Shown here: positions 51,089 to 60,911 of the stretch, piece after piece
Position numbering within the stretch: the first letter of the stretch is position 1
How the letters are laid out: the number at the start of each line of letters is the position of its first letter
Assembly: GCA_947494925.1 (NCBI GenBank)
Contig: CANLWS010000008.1
Location: 172,394 to 236,393 of the forward strand
Length of the DNA: 64,000 nt
Direction of reading: 5' to 3'
Source of the DNA: an uncultured Alteromonadaceae bacterium
GTDB lineage: Bacteria > Pseudomonadota > Gammaproteobacteria > Enterobacterales > Alteromonadaceae
The notes under the pieces: model-generated
What the model saw: only the letters and a program-made list of their open reading frames with translations
Told to the model about the DNA's origin: nothing
Database searches by the model: none
Program-made: the position numbers and the translations under genes

Positions 51089-52807
51089 GTGGAAATGATG
51101 TCAGGCGCGGCAATGGTTGTGCGCGCGCTAAAAGATTCAGGCGTTAAACATGTTTTTGGGTACCCAGGTGGTGCCGTACTCGATATTTATGATGCATTAT
51201 ATGCTCAGGATTCTGTCGAACATGTCCTCGTCCGCCACGAGCAAGCAGCTGCCCATATGGCAGACGGTTACGCCAGATCAACTGGGCAGACCGGGACAGT
51301 TCTGGTCACCTCTGGACCTGGTGCTACTAATACCATTACGGGTATCGCAACCGCTTATATGGATTCCATACCAATGGTGGTTTTATCCGGTCAGGTACCG
51401 TCAAAACACATTGGTGAAGACGCGTTCCAGGAAACTGATATGGTTGGGTGTTCTCGCCCAATAGTGAAACACAGTTTTCTGGTTAAACGTGCAGTTGATA
51501 TTCCCATGGCAATTGCCAAAGCCTATTACATTGCCAATACAGGCAGACCAGGGCCAGTAGTGGTGGATTTACCGAAAGATATTGTCAATATTCAGGAAGA
51601 GCATCCATACGAGTATCCTGACGAAATTAAAATGCGCTCTTACAATCCGACTTTGAAAGGGCATAGTAAACAGATTAAAAAAGCGGTACGGACCCTGTTG
51701 GAAGCCAAAAGGCCAGTGCTGTATGTGGGAGGCGGTTCAATAGCCTCTGATGCAAGTGAAGTGATCACTGAGTTGGCAGAGAAATTGAAATCCCCAGTTA
51801 CGTCAACTTTGATGGGACTGGGTGCGTTTTCAAGTGTTCATGAACAGTTTGTAGGCATGTTAGGCATGCATGGCACACTTGAAGCTAATAAAACGATGCA
51901 TAATGCTGATTGTATTTTGGCGTTGGGCGCCAGGTTTGATGACCGGGTTACTAACAATGTTGAAAAGTTTTGCCCTCATGCAACTATTATCCATGTGGAT
52001 ATTGATCCTGCTTCAATATCAAAAACTGTTGCAGTGCATATTCCGGTGGTCGGCTCAGTGAAAAATGTTGTCGAGCAATTGCTGAATGTGATTGAAGATA
52101 GCGATCTCGCAGAGCAAAACGAAAAAGTATCCGACTGGTGGGAACAGATTAATCAATGGCGCTCACGTAAATGCCTTGAATATAAAAAAGATCCTGAGCA
52201 AATAAAGCCGCAAGAAGTCATTGAATCCCTTTACAAACATACCCAAGGTGATGCGTACATCAGTTCCGATGTGGGACAACATCAAATGTTTGCCGCTTTG
52301 TATTATCCATTTGCCAAACCAAGGCGTTGGATAAACTCAGGCGGGTTAGGCACCATGGGATTTGGCTTACCAGCTGCAATGGGGGTTCAAATGGCTAATC
52401 CTGATGCTGTGTCTGCGGTGGTGACAGGAGATGGCAGTATTCAAATGAATATTCAGGAACTCTCCACCTGTCTGCAGTACAATTTGCCAGTTAAAATTAT
52501 CTCCCTTAACAACCGGGCTTTGGGCATGGTTCGTCAATGGCAGGACATGATTTATAAAGGACGCCATTCCCATTCTTACATGGATTCAATGCCTGATTTT
52601 GTAAAACTTGCGGAAGCTTATGGTCACGTTGGAATCAAAGTGAATCATCCCTCAGAGTTGGATGATGCAATGGCGCGCTGTTTTGCAGAAAAAGATCGTC
52701 TGGTCTTTATGGATATTGCAATCGATCAAAATGAACACGTTTATCCGATGCAGATTAAATTTGGGGCGATGGATGATATGAGACTGAGTAAAACGGAGCG
52801 CACTTAA
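51089..52807 (+). CDS. ilvI: Acetolactate synthase III large subunit
   Basis: 572 aa ThDP enzyme ([14 protein letters not shown], …GDG…N ThDP motif [16 protein letters not shown]). Confidence 0.95.
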   Translation: MEMMSGAAMVVRALKDSGVKHVFGYPGGAVLDIYDALYAQDSVEHVLVRHEQAAAHMADGYARSTGQTGTVLVTSGPGATNTITGIATAYMDSIPMVVLSGQVPSKHIGEDAFQETDMVGCSRPIVKHSFLVKRAVDIPMAIAKAYYIANTGRPGPVVVDLPKDIVNIQEEHPYEYPDEIKMRSYNPTLKGHSKQIKKAVRTLLEAKRPVLYVGGGSIASDASEVITELAEKLKSPVTSTLMGLGAFSSVHEQFVGMLGMHGTLEANKTMHNADCILALGARFDDRVTNNVEKFCPHATIIHVDIDPASISKTVAVHIPVVGSVKNVVEQLLNVIEDSDLAEQNEKVSDWWEQINQWRSRKCLEYKKDPEQIKPQEVIESLYKHTQGDAYISSDVGQHQMFAALYYPFAKPRRWINSGGLGTMGFGLPAAMGVQMANPDAVSAVVTGDGSIQMNIQELSTCLQYNLPVKIISLNNRALGMVRQWQDMIYKGRHSHSYMDSMPDFVKLAEAYGHVGIKVNHPSELDDAMARCFAEKDRLVFMDIAIDQNEHVYPMQIKFGAMDDMRLSKTERT

Positions 52808-53307
52808 TGAGACGTATTATTTCTGTATTAATGGAAAATGAACCAGGCGCTTTGTCACGTATAGTGGGCGTTTTTTCTCAGCGTGCATACAATGTGGATT
52901 CGTTATGCGTAGCTGCCACTGATGATCCCAGTCTGTCGCGGTTAACTATTGTCAGTCATGGTAATGATAAAGTTATTGAACAAATCACTAAACAAGTTAA
53001 TAAGCTTATAGATGTACTTAAGGTCTCCGACTTAACTGAAGGCACCCATATAGAGCGTGAATTAATGCTCATTAAGGTTGCGACTAAAACAGAACTGACA
53101 AGATCTGAAGTCAAACGAACTGTGGATATATTCAGAGCGCAGATTGTTGACGTCAATGCAAAGAATTACACCATTCAGATTACTGGTACCAGCGACAAGT
53201 TGGATGCTTTTTCGGCAACCATGGCAGAGCACACAGAAATTATAGAGTCTTCGAGAACAGGTGTGTGTGGTTTGGCTAGAGGTGAGAAAGCTTTGCGAGC
53301 TCAATAA
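52807..53307 (+). CDS. ilvH: Acetolactate synthase small (regulatory) subunit
   Basis: 166 aa with an ACT domain (ISVLMENEPGALSRIVGVFSQRAYNV). Its start overlaps the ilvI stop (TAATG). Confidence 0.95.
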   Translation: MRRIISVLMENEPGALSRIVGVFSQRAYNVDSLCVAATDDPSLSRLTIVSHGNDKVIEQITKQVNKLIDVLKVSDLTEGTHIERELMLIKVATKTELTRSEVKRTVDIFRAQIVDVNAKNYTIQITGTSDKLDAFSATMAEHTEIIESSRTGVCGLARGEKALRAQ

Positions 53308-53333
53308 TAGTCATAAAATTGTAATATAATTAC

Positions 53334-53366
53334 AAAACCGACCTTTGATGGTCGGTTTTTTTGTTA
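53334..53366 (+). terminator. Rho-independent terminator of ilvIH
   Basis: AAAACCGACC-tttgat-GGTCGGTTTTTTTGTT. Confidence 0.8.
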
Positions 53367-53662
53367 ATATTGATTAACATACATCCAATATTCGCCTGTT
53401 TTACCGATAATAATGTAATTAAATTACATTATTTTAATACCAATATGTAATATATAAATATCTTATGGTTATATTAAATGTTGGTATATTCAATACAAAC
53501 AGTTAGTTATGAAGTTGGGTGTTGATTTTTTAGTTCGTTAACACTTTCTTCAATTAATTCGATCAGTAAAAAAACAAACATTTTCTGAAATATAATTACA
53601 ATTATCGGCGTTGGAGATTGTTCTCTAGCGATATTAAGTAGTTATCAACTGAGGAAAGTAAA

Positions 53663-53986
53663 ATGAAAAAAGTTATTTTAGCAACTGTACTATCTGCAAC
53701 TGTTTCTATTAGCGCAAATGCAGCAATGGAAAAACAAGGTAATTTCAAATTTGTTGGTGACACCCAGTACGCAAGCTTCTGTAAAGCAGTATTGAACGAC
53801 AATGTGAAGTTGTTCAAGCGTTCTTTAAATCGTTTCGTTGGTCCTTTAGGAACAAATAGAAAAATAGTTCTTGAGCGTGTGTTAGACAATAACAACGTAC
53901 AATGTGCGGGTCAGGGAATTGTTGAATTTTCTCAACAGCGTAATGCGAGCAAAGTTGCCGCGTACCTAAGCAAAGCTCAGGCATAA
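53663..53986 (+). CDS. Small secreted protein (DUF3718-like)
   Basis: 107 aa with a signal peptide (ILATVLSATVSISANA). It contains two Cys residues and resembles small periplasmic proteins found in Vibrio/Alteromonas. Confidence 0.45.
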   Translation: MKKVILATVLSATVSISANAAMEKQGNFKFVGDTQYASFCKAVLNDNVKLFKRSLNRFVGPLGTNRKIVLERVLDNNNVQCAGQGIVEFSQQRNASKVAAYLSKAQA

Positions 53987-54142
53987 AAATGAATTTTGAT
54001 AGCTGACAGATCGGTATCTTCTAATATCGATCTGTTATCTATTCCATCAGGTTTTACCCTTCTACACATCATATCCGCGAATTATTTGTTTTTCTGGACT
54101 AAATTAGGATAACCCCTTTTTAAATCTGGAGCCGTCGATTCT

Positions 54143-54391
54143 ATGGATAAAGCAACAATAGCTGCCACCTTCCCAGCCAAAGTTACGCTGGAAGCCGATC
54201 AATATTACTTTTTTTGCACCTGTGGGCGTTCTGCAAGTCAGCCGTTTTGTGATGGTGCACACAAAGGTACTAGTTTGGTGCCAAAACCATTTAAAGTGGA
54301 ACAGCAGCAGGAAGCCTATTTATGTCAGTGCAAACAAACGTCGAACCCACCGTTTTGCGATGGGTCGCACAAGGCTTGTGAACAAGAATAA
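54143..54391 (+). CDS. CDGSH-type iron-sulfur domain protein (two CDGSH motifs)
   Basis: Two copies of the C-x-C-x(8-10)-CDG(A/S)H motif (CTCGRSASQPFCDGAHKG and CQCKQTSNPPFCDGSHK). Confidence 0.85.
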   Translation: MDKATIAATFPAKVTLEADQYYFFCTCGRSASQPFCDGAHKGTSLVPKPFKVEQQQEAYLCQCKQTSNPPFCDGSHKACEQE

Positions 54392-54414
54392 CAAATATAT
54401 CAACCGAAACTAAA

Positions 54415-54454
54415 TTAACTCCAACTCGGGATAAGAGAGGTCGATTGGGGTTAA
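54415..54454. repeat. Imperfect palindromic element of the AAC(C/T)CCAACTCG family at the convergent CDGSH / Hpt-HD-GYP gene ends
   Basis: TTAACTCCAA-(20 nt)-TTGGGGTTAA has 10-bp arms with one mismatch. The left arm plus loop start (AACTCCAACTCGGG) matches the elements at 1178-1199 and 14741-14774. Confidence 0.5.
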
Positions 54455-54458
54455 ATCA

Positions 54459-55607
54459 TTACGCTTTGGTCAGCAAGGAAGCCATTGCCCGATTGAAATG
54501 TTGCATCCATTCTTTACTGAATTGCCCTTCGGCAACTTTATTAATTTCCAGGACCGCTTTCTTCTTGGGACGCTTCTCATGGCCAGTATGCGCTCTGGTA
54601 TGGGTTAAAGCATCAAAAGTATCAAGGATTGCCAGCAACTTTGCGCCATCGCAAATGTCCGCTTCCTTAAGCCCAAGGGGGTAACCAGTCCCATCTACGC
54701 GCTCATGATGTTGCATCACAATTTTTCTGGCTTCGTTCCATTGGTCGAGATGTTCCAGAAGACGGGAACTTTTGTAGACGTGAGAACGCATCAAGTTGAA
54801 CTCATTGTTATCTAACTTCCCCTGTTTATGTAACAACTTCAAAGGCATAAATGCCATGCCGAAATCATGCACGTAACAAGCGACAGCCAATTGATCTTCA
54901 TCGATAGGCGTACCCGCTACTTTATTGACGAAAAATGCAAGTTTGGCAATTCTGTCTCCACGGCCTTCCCAATACATGGAGCGACGTTCTATAGGTTTCA
55001 TCAGTTCCCGGAAAAACAGAATATCTACCTGTTTTTCCTTACTAATATCTTTTGGAATACCGGTATTGGCGAGAGTAACTGACGTTTTAGGCTTAGCCGC
55101 TTCGGGTGCTTGTGCAGCCTCTTCAGGTGAACTTATATCCAGGCTAGGGTCGAGCAACAAAACGGCTTCAGTTAACAACTTTTCATGATCCGTAGAGTTA
55201 TCTGGTGAAATCTTCGAAATATGATTCACCAGATGCCCATAAAGCTCAGCATCGTACTCAGCTGATCCAGAACGAATGCAACTCTCAACAAAGACTTTTA
55301 CACGGTCCATTGTCAGCAAGACGAGGTCGCTCATCGTACTGGTATATTTAATCTGACCCTTTCGCAGGAAATCAAGCAAGTCTTCAACGTGCTGCAACAA
55401 GGGGATCATTGGGGTAAAACTTACCAGCCCAAGATCACCCTTAATGGTATGAATTGAACGGAACAATGACCGCTGGAGCTCATTGTCTTCAGGACGCAAC
55501 TCAAGTTCAATCAGCGTTTGTTCACTGGCTTCGTAAAGCTCGTTAATTTCTTCGAGAAGATCATTGAGAATATCGTCTTCCAGATCTTCGTGTTTAAAAG
55601 TTTGCAT
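54459..55607 (-). CDS. Hpt-domain plus HD-GYP-domain protein (predicted c-di-GMP phosphodiesterase with phosphotransfer input)
   Basis: The N-terminal Hpt motif has a phospho-accepting His (SIHTIKGDLGLVSF). The C-terminal HD domain (ACYVHDFGM) is followed by the HD-GYP signature HHERVDGTGYPLGL. Confidence 0.8.
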   Translation of the reverse strand: MQTFKHEDLEDDILNDLLEEINELYEASEQTLIELELRPEDNELQRSLFRSIHTIKGDLGLVSFTPMIPLLQHVEDLLDFLRKGQIKYTSTMSDLVLLTMDRVKVFVESCIRSGSAEYDAELYGHLVNHISKISPDNSTDHEKLLTEAVLLLDPSLDISSPEEAAQAPEAAKPKTSVTLANTGIPKDISKEKQVDILFFRELMKPIERRSMYWEGRGDRIAKLAFFVNKVAGTPIDEDQLAVACYVHDFGMAFMPLKLLHKQGKLDNNEFNLMRSHVYKSSRLLEHLDQWNEARKIVMQHHERVDGTGYPLGLKEADICDGAKLLAILDTFDALTHTRAHTGHEKRPKKKAVLEINKVAEGQFSKEWMQHFNRAMASLLTKA

Positions 55608-55875
55608 GCAGTCAGATTACCCCGGTACAAGTTACTTCAAGATGTACATAGCTAATAATATCGACACACTGCCTCTATTATTGAGCTAAACAGCAATTAT
55701 AGTCACAGATGTCACCAGAGTAGGATAAATTAAGTAAGATAGCCCATTTTTTTACGCATAGACTTACCTTAAAGCGGTTGCCATGCACCACACCTAATTA
55801 TCCTGAGCTTGAGTCAACTAGATTTTCATGTGTAAAACAGCTGAAAATCTGTATACTCTGCGGCCTGATTTTTAA

Positions 55876-56613
55876 TTGAGAGTACAAGTGTTAGCTGTAA
55901 TCAGGGTCATTTCCGTTTTCTTCTATTTTCTGTTGATCAACCTTTTGCTCATCTTGATCTGCCTCGTCCGTCCGTTTCATCGGGACAATGTCTATGCGGC
56001 CGCAATGCTTTACAGCAGCGTGGCAAAATTAATAGGTGTCAAACTGGAATTGCGCGTTCCCGACAGTGTGCGAAACGGTGGCCCCTATGTGTTTATATGT
56101 AATCACCAGAATAGTTATGACCTAATTACCGTATGCAGGGCGGCTCAGCGCGGCATGGTAACTGTGGGTAAAAAGAGCTTGAAGTGGATCCCGGTTTTCG
56201 GCTGGGTTTACTGGTTGTCCGGCAACATTATGATAGACAGAAAAAATAAAGGTAAAGCTCACGATACTTTAAAGGCTACTGTGGACAAGATTAATGAAAG
56301 ACGTTTGTCTGTTTGGTTTTTCCCTGAGGGTACCCGAAGTCGTGGAAGAGGACTACAATCTTTTAAAACGGGAGCATTTCGTATCGCGCAAGCGACTAAT
56401 GAGCCGATTGTCACCGTAAGTGTTAGTGAGCTGCACAATAAAATTAAATTAAATCGCTGGGACAACGGAACACTATTTATCGACATTGCTGAACCTGTGG
56501 AAGTTGACTTAGAAGCGTCGGCGAAAGATCTGGCTCAATTTTTCCAGGCTAAAATGCAAGCGAAAATTCATCAACTGAATCAAGAAGTCGCCGAATTGGA
56601 AAATCCACGCTAA
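55876..56613 (+). CDS. plsC: 1-acyl-sn-glycerol-3-phosphate acyltransferase
   Basis: The HX4D acyltransferase motif (ICNHQNSYD), FPEGTRS, and a PlsC-like length of 245 aa. Confidence 0.88.
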   Translation: MRVQVLAVIRVISVFFYFLLINLLLILICLVRPFHRDNVYAAAMLYSSVAKLIGVKLELRVPDSVRNGGPYVFICNHQNSYDLITVCRAAQRGMVTVGKKSLKWIPVFGWVYWLSGNIMIDRKNKGKAHDTLKATVDKINERRLSVWFFPEGTRSRGRGLQSFKTGAFRIAQATNEPIVTVSVSELHNKIKLNRWDNGTLFIDIAEPVEVDLEASAKDLAQFFQAKMQAKIHQLNQEVAELENPR

Positions 56614-56645
56614 ACTGAATTCCCCCTGTAAAAAAGGAAAACAAC

Positions 56646-56999
56646 ATGACAAATGCGCAAGAAAAACTGGAATGGTATGACTTCAATGCTGAGACGATTG
56701 AGGCCTTGGTTGAAGACGGAAGTAACAGCGAACTAGCGCATACAATTGAATATCATTTTGCCAGTGCAGACTTTGATGCACTTGAAAAAGCTGCGGTGGA
56801 TGCCTTTAAGGCAGGTTTTGAAGTTGGTGATGCGGAAGAACTGATGTTAGATGATGGTGGAACCATTTTGTGTTTTGATGCCGTTGTTGAACGCATGCTG
56901 CAAGTGGATCTGATCAACCAGGATACTGACAAATTGCTTGCTATCGCTGAAAAGCACAGCGTTCATTATGATGGCTGGGGCACCTACTTCATCGAGTAG
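56646..56999 (+). CDS. rraB: RNase E inhibitor RraB (YjgD family)
   Basis: Collinear with E. coli RraB (…EDGS…HTIEYHF…LEKAAVDAFKAGFEV…YDGWGTYF). Confidence 0.85.
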   Translation: MTNAQEKLEWYDFNAETIEALVEDGSNSELAHTIEYHFASADFDALEKAAVDAFKAGFEVGDAEELMLDDGGTILCFDAVVERMLQVDLINQDTDKLLAIAEKHSVHYDGWGTYFIE

Positions 57000-57131
57000 G
57001 ACATTCAGTCGACCCTGCTTAAAATGCACCTTCTTACCTTGATTAAGTTAATCTTCAGCTTTCATTCATGATCTAACGCCCAAACTGTTAGCCAATAGTC
57101 CACACCAACTAAAGTTGGTCACCTGGTTCAA

Positions 57132-57860
57132 TTGGAGGAACAGATGAAAGCATTAATTTTATTCTCTGCTATTGCGTTGTCGGGATTGAATTTCGCCTAC
57201 GCAGAGGAAATCAAAGTCAAATCAGTGGAGCGTCAATTTGACAAACAGTCTGACGCTATAGTTAAGACCAATGCTGTCGGCGCTAAAGAAAATTCTAATG
57301 CTGATAAATCGTCGTCGGTACAGCACCAGCTTAAGCAGGCTGCGCCTTCAAGAAAAATTTCCAGAGAATCCGCACAAGTATCGAATCCCGACTTCTGGAT
57401 TTACGATGCCTTTGTTACTTTGAATGTTGACGAAGATTTTGACGGCTACTACTCAGATTTCAGCGTGGAGTTTGATGCAGATTCCGTTTATACCAATGCT
57501 GCGGTTTATGCACGTCTATACCTCAGCAGAGGGGATGTTTTCGAGGAATACCATACTACGTCGATTTTCTACATAGATGGCGATAGTAGTCAGGATGCCT
57601 TTATTGTGGATAGTGAACTTCTTAGCGGTTTTCCACCTGGTGACTACGAAGTATTAATTGAGCTCTACGATGCAATAGACGATTCCCTGGTGGCCATATT
57701 CGACGGCAATAATGACGCAGATCTGACGTTTATAAGCCTAGAAAGCAAAACCTTTGAAGAAGTGGAAACCGTTATCATCATAGATGAAGGGGGCAGTTTC
57801 GGATATCTGGTGTTACTTGTTGTACCCATATTGATCAGGAGACAGATCAGTCGGTGTTAA
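57132..57860 (+). CDS. Secreted protein with a C-terminal GlyGly-CTERM sorting signal (predicted rhombosortase substrate)
   Basis: An N-terminal signal peptide, and a C-terminal …DEGGSFGYLVLLVVPILIRRQISRC (GG motif, then hydrophobic helix, then a basic tail). Confidence 0.6.
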   Translation: MEEQMKALILFSAIALSGLNFAYAEEIKVKSVERQFDKQSDAIVKTNAVGAKENSNADKSSSVQHQLKQAAPSRKISRESAQVSNPDFWIYDAFVTLNVDEDFDGYYSDFSVEFDADSVYTNAAVYARLYLSRGDVFEEYHTTSIFYIDGDSSQDAFIVDSELLSGFPPGDYEVLIELYDAIDDSLVAIFDGNNDADLTFISLESKTFEEVETVIIIDEGGSFGYLVLLVVPILIRRQISRC

Positions 57861-57879
57861 CACTGGATTTTGGGAGACG

Positions 57880-58083
57880 TCAGTCTCCCTTTTTTTGCCT
57901 TTCAATTTCCACTACTTCCGTGACGACCTTGTCCACAAGTTTAACTCTTCCCTGTTTCACTAATGCGTCCCTAAGTACATATTCTATTTGTGCATTCAGG
58001 CTGCGCAGCTCATCGTCGGACCAGCGTTGCATAGCTGCCAGGACGTCTGCATTTATCCTTAAGGGATAGGCTTTTTTAGGCAT
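57880..58083 (-). CDS. Small ribbon-helix-helix (Arc/MetJ-like) DNA-binding protein
   Basis: 67 aa with an N-terminal MPKKAYPLRINADVLAAMQRW pattern typical of Arc-like RHH beta-strand plus helix. No partner toxin gene is evident. Confidence 0.4.
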   Translation of the reverse strand: MPKKAYPLRINADVLAAMQRWSDDELRSLNAQIEYVLRDALVKQGRVKLVDKVVTEVVEIERQKKGD

Positions 58084-58297
58084 ACTAAAAACTACTCAGT
58101 TTTCTTCGAAATTCGAGCCTATCCCGTGTAGGCAAACTCAAATGAGCGGGGAAATAGTATTGAACCCACCCCCGACATTCATTCCTTAACCTAGCCAGAG
58201 AACAGACAGTGTTGCTATATTCAGAGCGGGTTATCAAATAACCAAGCATATTCAGATTTATCTGCAAAAGCTTAAATGTCCTGCACATAATTAACTC

Positions 58298-59146
58298 CTA
58301 ATACAATGTCCCGGTGTTAACTATGGGCTGGGTACTTTTGTCACCACACAAGACAACCAGCAGGTTGCTAACCATCACCGCTTTGCGCTCTTCATCAAGG
58401 TCTACTACGTTTTTATCTTTAAGGCGTTCCAGCGCCATCTCAACCATGCCAACGGCACCCTCAACAATTTTGCTCCGAGCAGCAATGATAGCGGTTGCCT
58501 GTTGACGTTGTAACATCGCACTGGCTATCTCCTGGGCATAGGCTAGGTGACTTATACGGGCCTCATGCACCGTTACTCCCGCTTTACCCAGCCTTTCCTG
58601 TATTTCTTCCTTGAGCTTTTCAGAAATCTGCAACGGATGACTTCGTAAAGCTACATCCTCTTCTTCCTGCGGATCATATGGAAAACAGCTGGTCAGATTT
58701 CTGAGTGCCGCTTCACTTTGAATGGTGACGTAGCTTTCATAGTCATCCACTTCAAACATGGCTTCTGCAGTATCCGTAACCGACCACACAACGATAGTAG
58801 CAATTTCAATTGGGTTCCCCAGGTTATCGTTTACTTTAATTTTTCCGCTTTCGAAATTTCGCACTCGCAATGAAATAGCTTTACGCATAAAAAATGGTAT
58901 CGTCCAACGTAAACCGTTTTGTTTTACGGTTCCTACGTAACTCCCGAACAGAGTCATGACTTTCCCCTGATTGGGTTGCACCATGAAAAATCCTGCGAAA
59001 CAAATAAGAGTGATGATTGCCAGTGGAATTGAAATGCCCAGCGCCAGCTGATTAGCGATCAAATAAATAGAAACAAGTTGGATTATGGGTAACACCAAAA
59101 CCAATGCATAACCATTAAGTGAAAATCCTTGTTTTTCAGAAATCAT
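58298..59146 (-). CDS. SPFH/band-7 domain membrane protein (second, shorter paralogue)
   Basis: N-terminal TM helices and an SPFH core (…GLRWTIPFF…[37 protein letters not shown]…). Confidence 0.7.
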   Translation of the reverse strand: MISEKQGFSLNGYALVLVLPIIQLVSIYLIANQLALGISIPLAIITLICFAGFFMVQPNQGKVMTLFGSYVGTVKQNGLRWTIPFFMRKAISLRVRNFESGKIKVNDNLGNPIEIATIVVWSVTDTAEAMFEVDDYESYVTIQSEAALRNLTSCFPYDPQEEEDVALRSHPLQISEKLKEEIQERLGKAGVTVHEARISHLAYAQEIASAMLQRQQATAIIAARSKIVEGAVGMVEMALERLKDKNVVDLDEERKAVMVSNLLVVLCGDKSTQPIVNTGTLY

Positions 59147-59300
59147 AACTACCTCTATGTGATATCATAATGATATCACTATAGTGATGTTTCAGGAATG
59201 AGGCAAATTTTTAGCATCCAGCGATTGTAACAAGTTAATTCATTGATAATTGACGGCAGTTTGCTAGGGTGGTCTTTTACAACCAAGATCGAGAGCAGAC

Positions 59301-59861
59301 ATGACCATTCGCAGATTTGCAGTACTATCTTTAGTCTTTTTTCTTTCAGCCTGTGTAACAGGGCCCAAAAAAACCGATGATCAACGTCGCAATGAAATTA
59401 ATAACATGCGTGTATCAACGGTTGCTGGCGTGCAAAAATTTCAGCCGGATATTCGTGATCGCATAGCCAGGGCACCAGGATATGCAGTGTTCAGTAATGC
59501 CAATGTCAACGTCATCTTTGCAAGCTTTTCCGGCGGATATGGTGTGGTGAAGAACAATAAAACCGGCAAAGATACTTATATGAAAATGGCCGAAGCTGGT
59601 ATTGGTCTTGGCCTGGGAATAAAAGACTTCAGAGCCATTTTCGTTTTTCGTTCCGAAACGGCTTTAAATAACTTTGTTGATAAAGGCTGGACGTTCGGCG
59701 CCCACGCTGACGCAGCAGCTAAAAGCGGAGATAAGGGGGATGCAGCCAGCGCAGAGGTTGTAGTTGACGATGTAGAAATTTACCAACTGACTGACAATGG
59801 CCTGGCATTGCAAGCAACCATAAAAGGCACTAAATACTGGAAGGATGAGTCATTGAATTGA
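59301..59861 (+). CDS. SYLF-domain (YSC84-like / DUF500) lipoprotein
   Basis: Lipobox LSAC, then a SYLF-like core (…GYAVFSNANVNVIFASFSGGYGVV…GWTFGAHADAAA…). Confidence 0.6.
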   Translation: MTIRRFAVLSLVFFLSACVTGPKKTDDQRRNEINNMRVSTVAGVQKFQPDIRDRIARAPGYAVFSNANVNVIFASFSGGYGVVKNNKTGKDTYMKMAEAGIGLGLGIKDFRAIFVFRSETALNNFVDKGWTFGAHADAAAKSGDKGDAASAEVVVDDVEIYQLTDNGLALQATIKGTKYWKDESLN

Positions 59862-59960
59862 TAGATAGGTTTGGCGTTAAACATCGTTTCTTTGTCATTT
59901 AGCCAAAAAAGCAGATGTGATACCTTTCGACGTTAACTGCTAAACGAAAGCAAACTAATT

Positions 59961-60911
59961 ATGCTTAAGCGAAAAATAGGATTTCTTCTTTTTCACGATT
60001 TCACTGCCATGGACGTGTCAGGCCCTCTGGAAGTGTTTGCAAGTGTGTCGGAAGTCGCAAGTGAACATTACGAACTGGTGACGATTGGGATCAAGCCAGA
60101 AATCGTGAGGGCTGAATCTGGCATAAAGTTTGTGGCAGACTTGTCAATTTCTGAGGTTCGCGAGCTGGATACACTTGTGATCCCAGGTGGTAAAGGTACT
60201 CGAAACAGGGAATTGCAGAGTCAGATCTCACCCTGGCTACAACAGTTGTTGCCAAGTTGTCGGCGCATAGTCAGTGTTTGCACAGGTTCATTTATTTTGG
60301 CGGCCAGTGGACTACTTGATGAGCAGAAAGCAACTACTCACTGGGCATACGCCGATGAATTCAGACAACATTTCCCTAAAGTTCGATTGTCAGAAGATGC
60401 CCTTTTTATTATTAACGAAAAACTGGCGACCTCTGCCGGAATTGCATCGGGAATTGATCTGAGTTTGAAGCTGGTGGAAGATGATTTAGGCAGTGAAATC
60501 GCAGCCAAGGTCGCCAGATTCATGGTAGTACATTTTCGTCGAACGGGTTCCCAGGCGCAATATTCGGAACCTTTGCAATACCAGAGCAAAGTGGAAGGGA
60601 AGTTTGCTAATCTGACTTCCTGGATACTGGACAATCTGAAGGCCGACTTGTCGTTACAACAACTGGCTGATCAATGCGGTATGAGTACACGAAATTTTTG
60701 TCGTCGATTCAATGAGCAAATGGGTTGTCCGCCCGGTCGCTATGTTGAAAGTCTCAGGCTGGATTTTGCGCGACAGCTGTTAGTGGAAAAAAGCTGGCCA
60801 GTCTCGAGAATTGCAGGCGCCTGCGGATATGAAAGTGTGGATGTATTCCGTCGCGCTTTTGAACGAAGATTTGTTGTTACTCCGAAAAATTATCAGGCTA
60901 CTTTCAGATAG
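59961..60911 (+). CDS. GlxA-type transcriptional regulator (DJ-1/PfpI domain plus AraC-type HTH)
   Basis: N-terminal class-I glutamine amidotransferase-like domain with Cys (VSVCTGSFILAASGLL) and a C-terminal AraC HTH (…QLADQCGMSTRNFCRRF…). Confidence 0.8.
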   Translation: MLKRKIGFLLFHDFTAMDVSGPLEVFASVSEVASEHYELVTIGIKPEIVRAESGIKFVADLSISEVRELDTLVIPGGKGTRNRELQSQISPWLQQLLPSCRRIVSVCTGSFILAASGLLDEQKATTHWAYADEFRQHFPKVRLSEDALFIINEKLATSAGIASGIDLSLKLVEDDLGSEIAAKVARFMVVHFRRTGSQAQYSEPLQYQSKVEGKFANLTSWILDNLKADLSLQQLADQCGMSTRNFCRRFNEQMGCPPGRYVESLRLDFARQLLVEKSWPVSRIAGACGYESVDVFRRAFERRFVVTPKNYQATFR

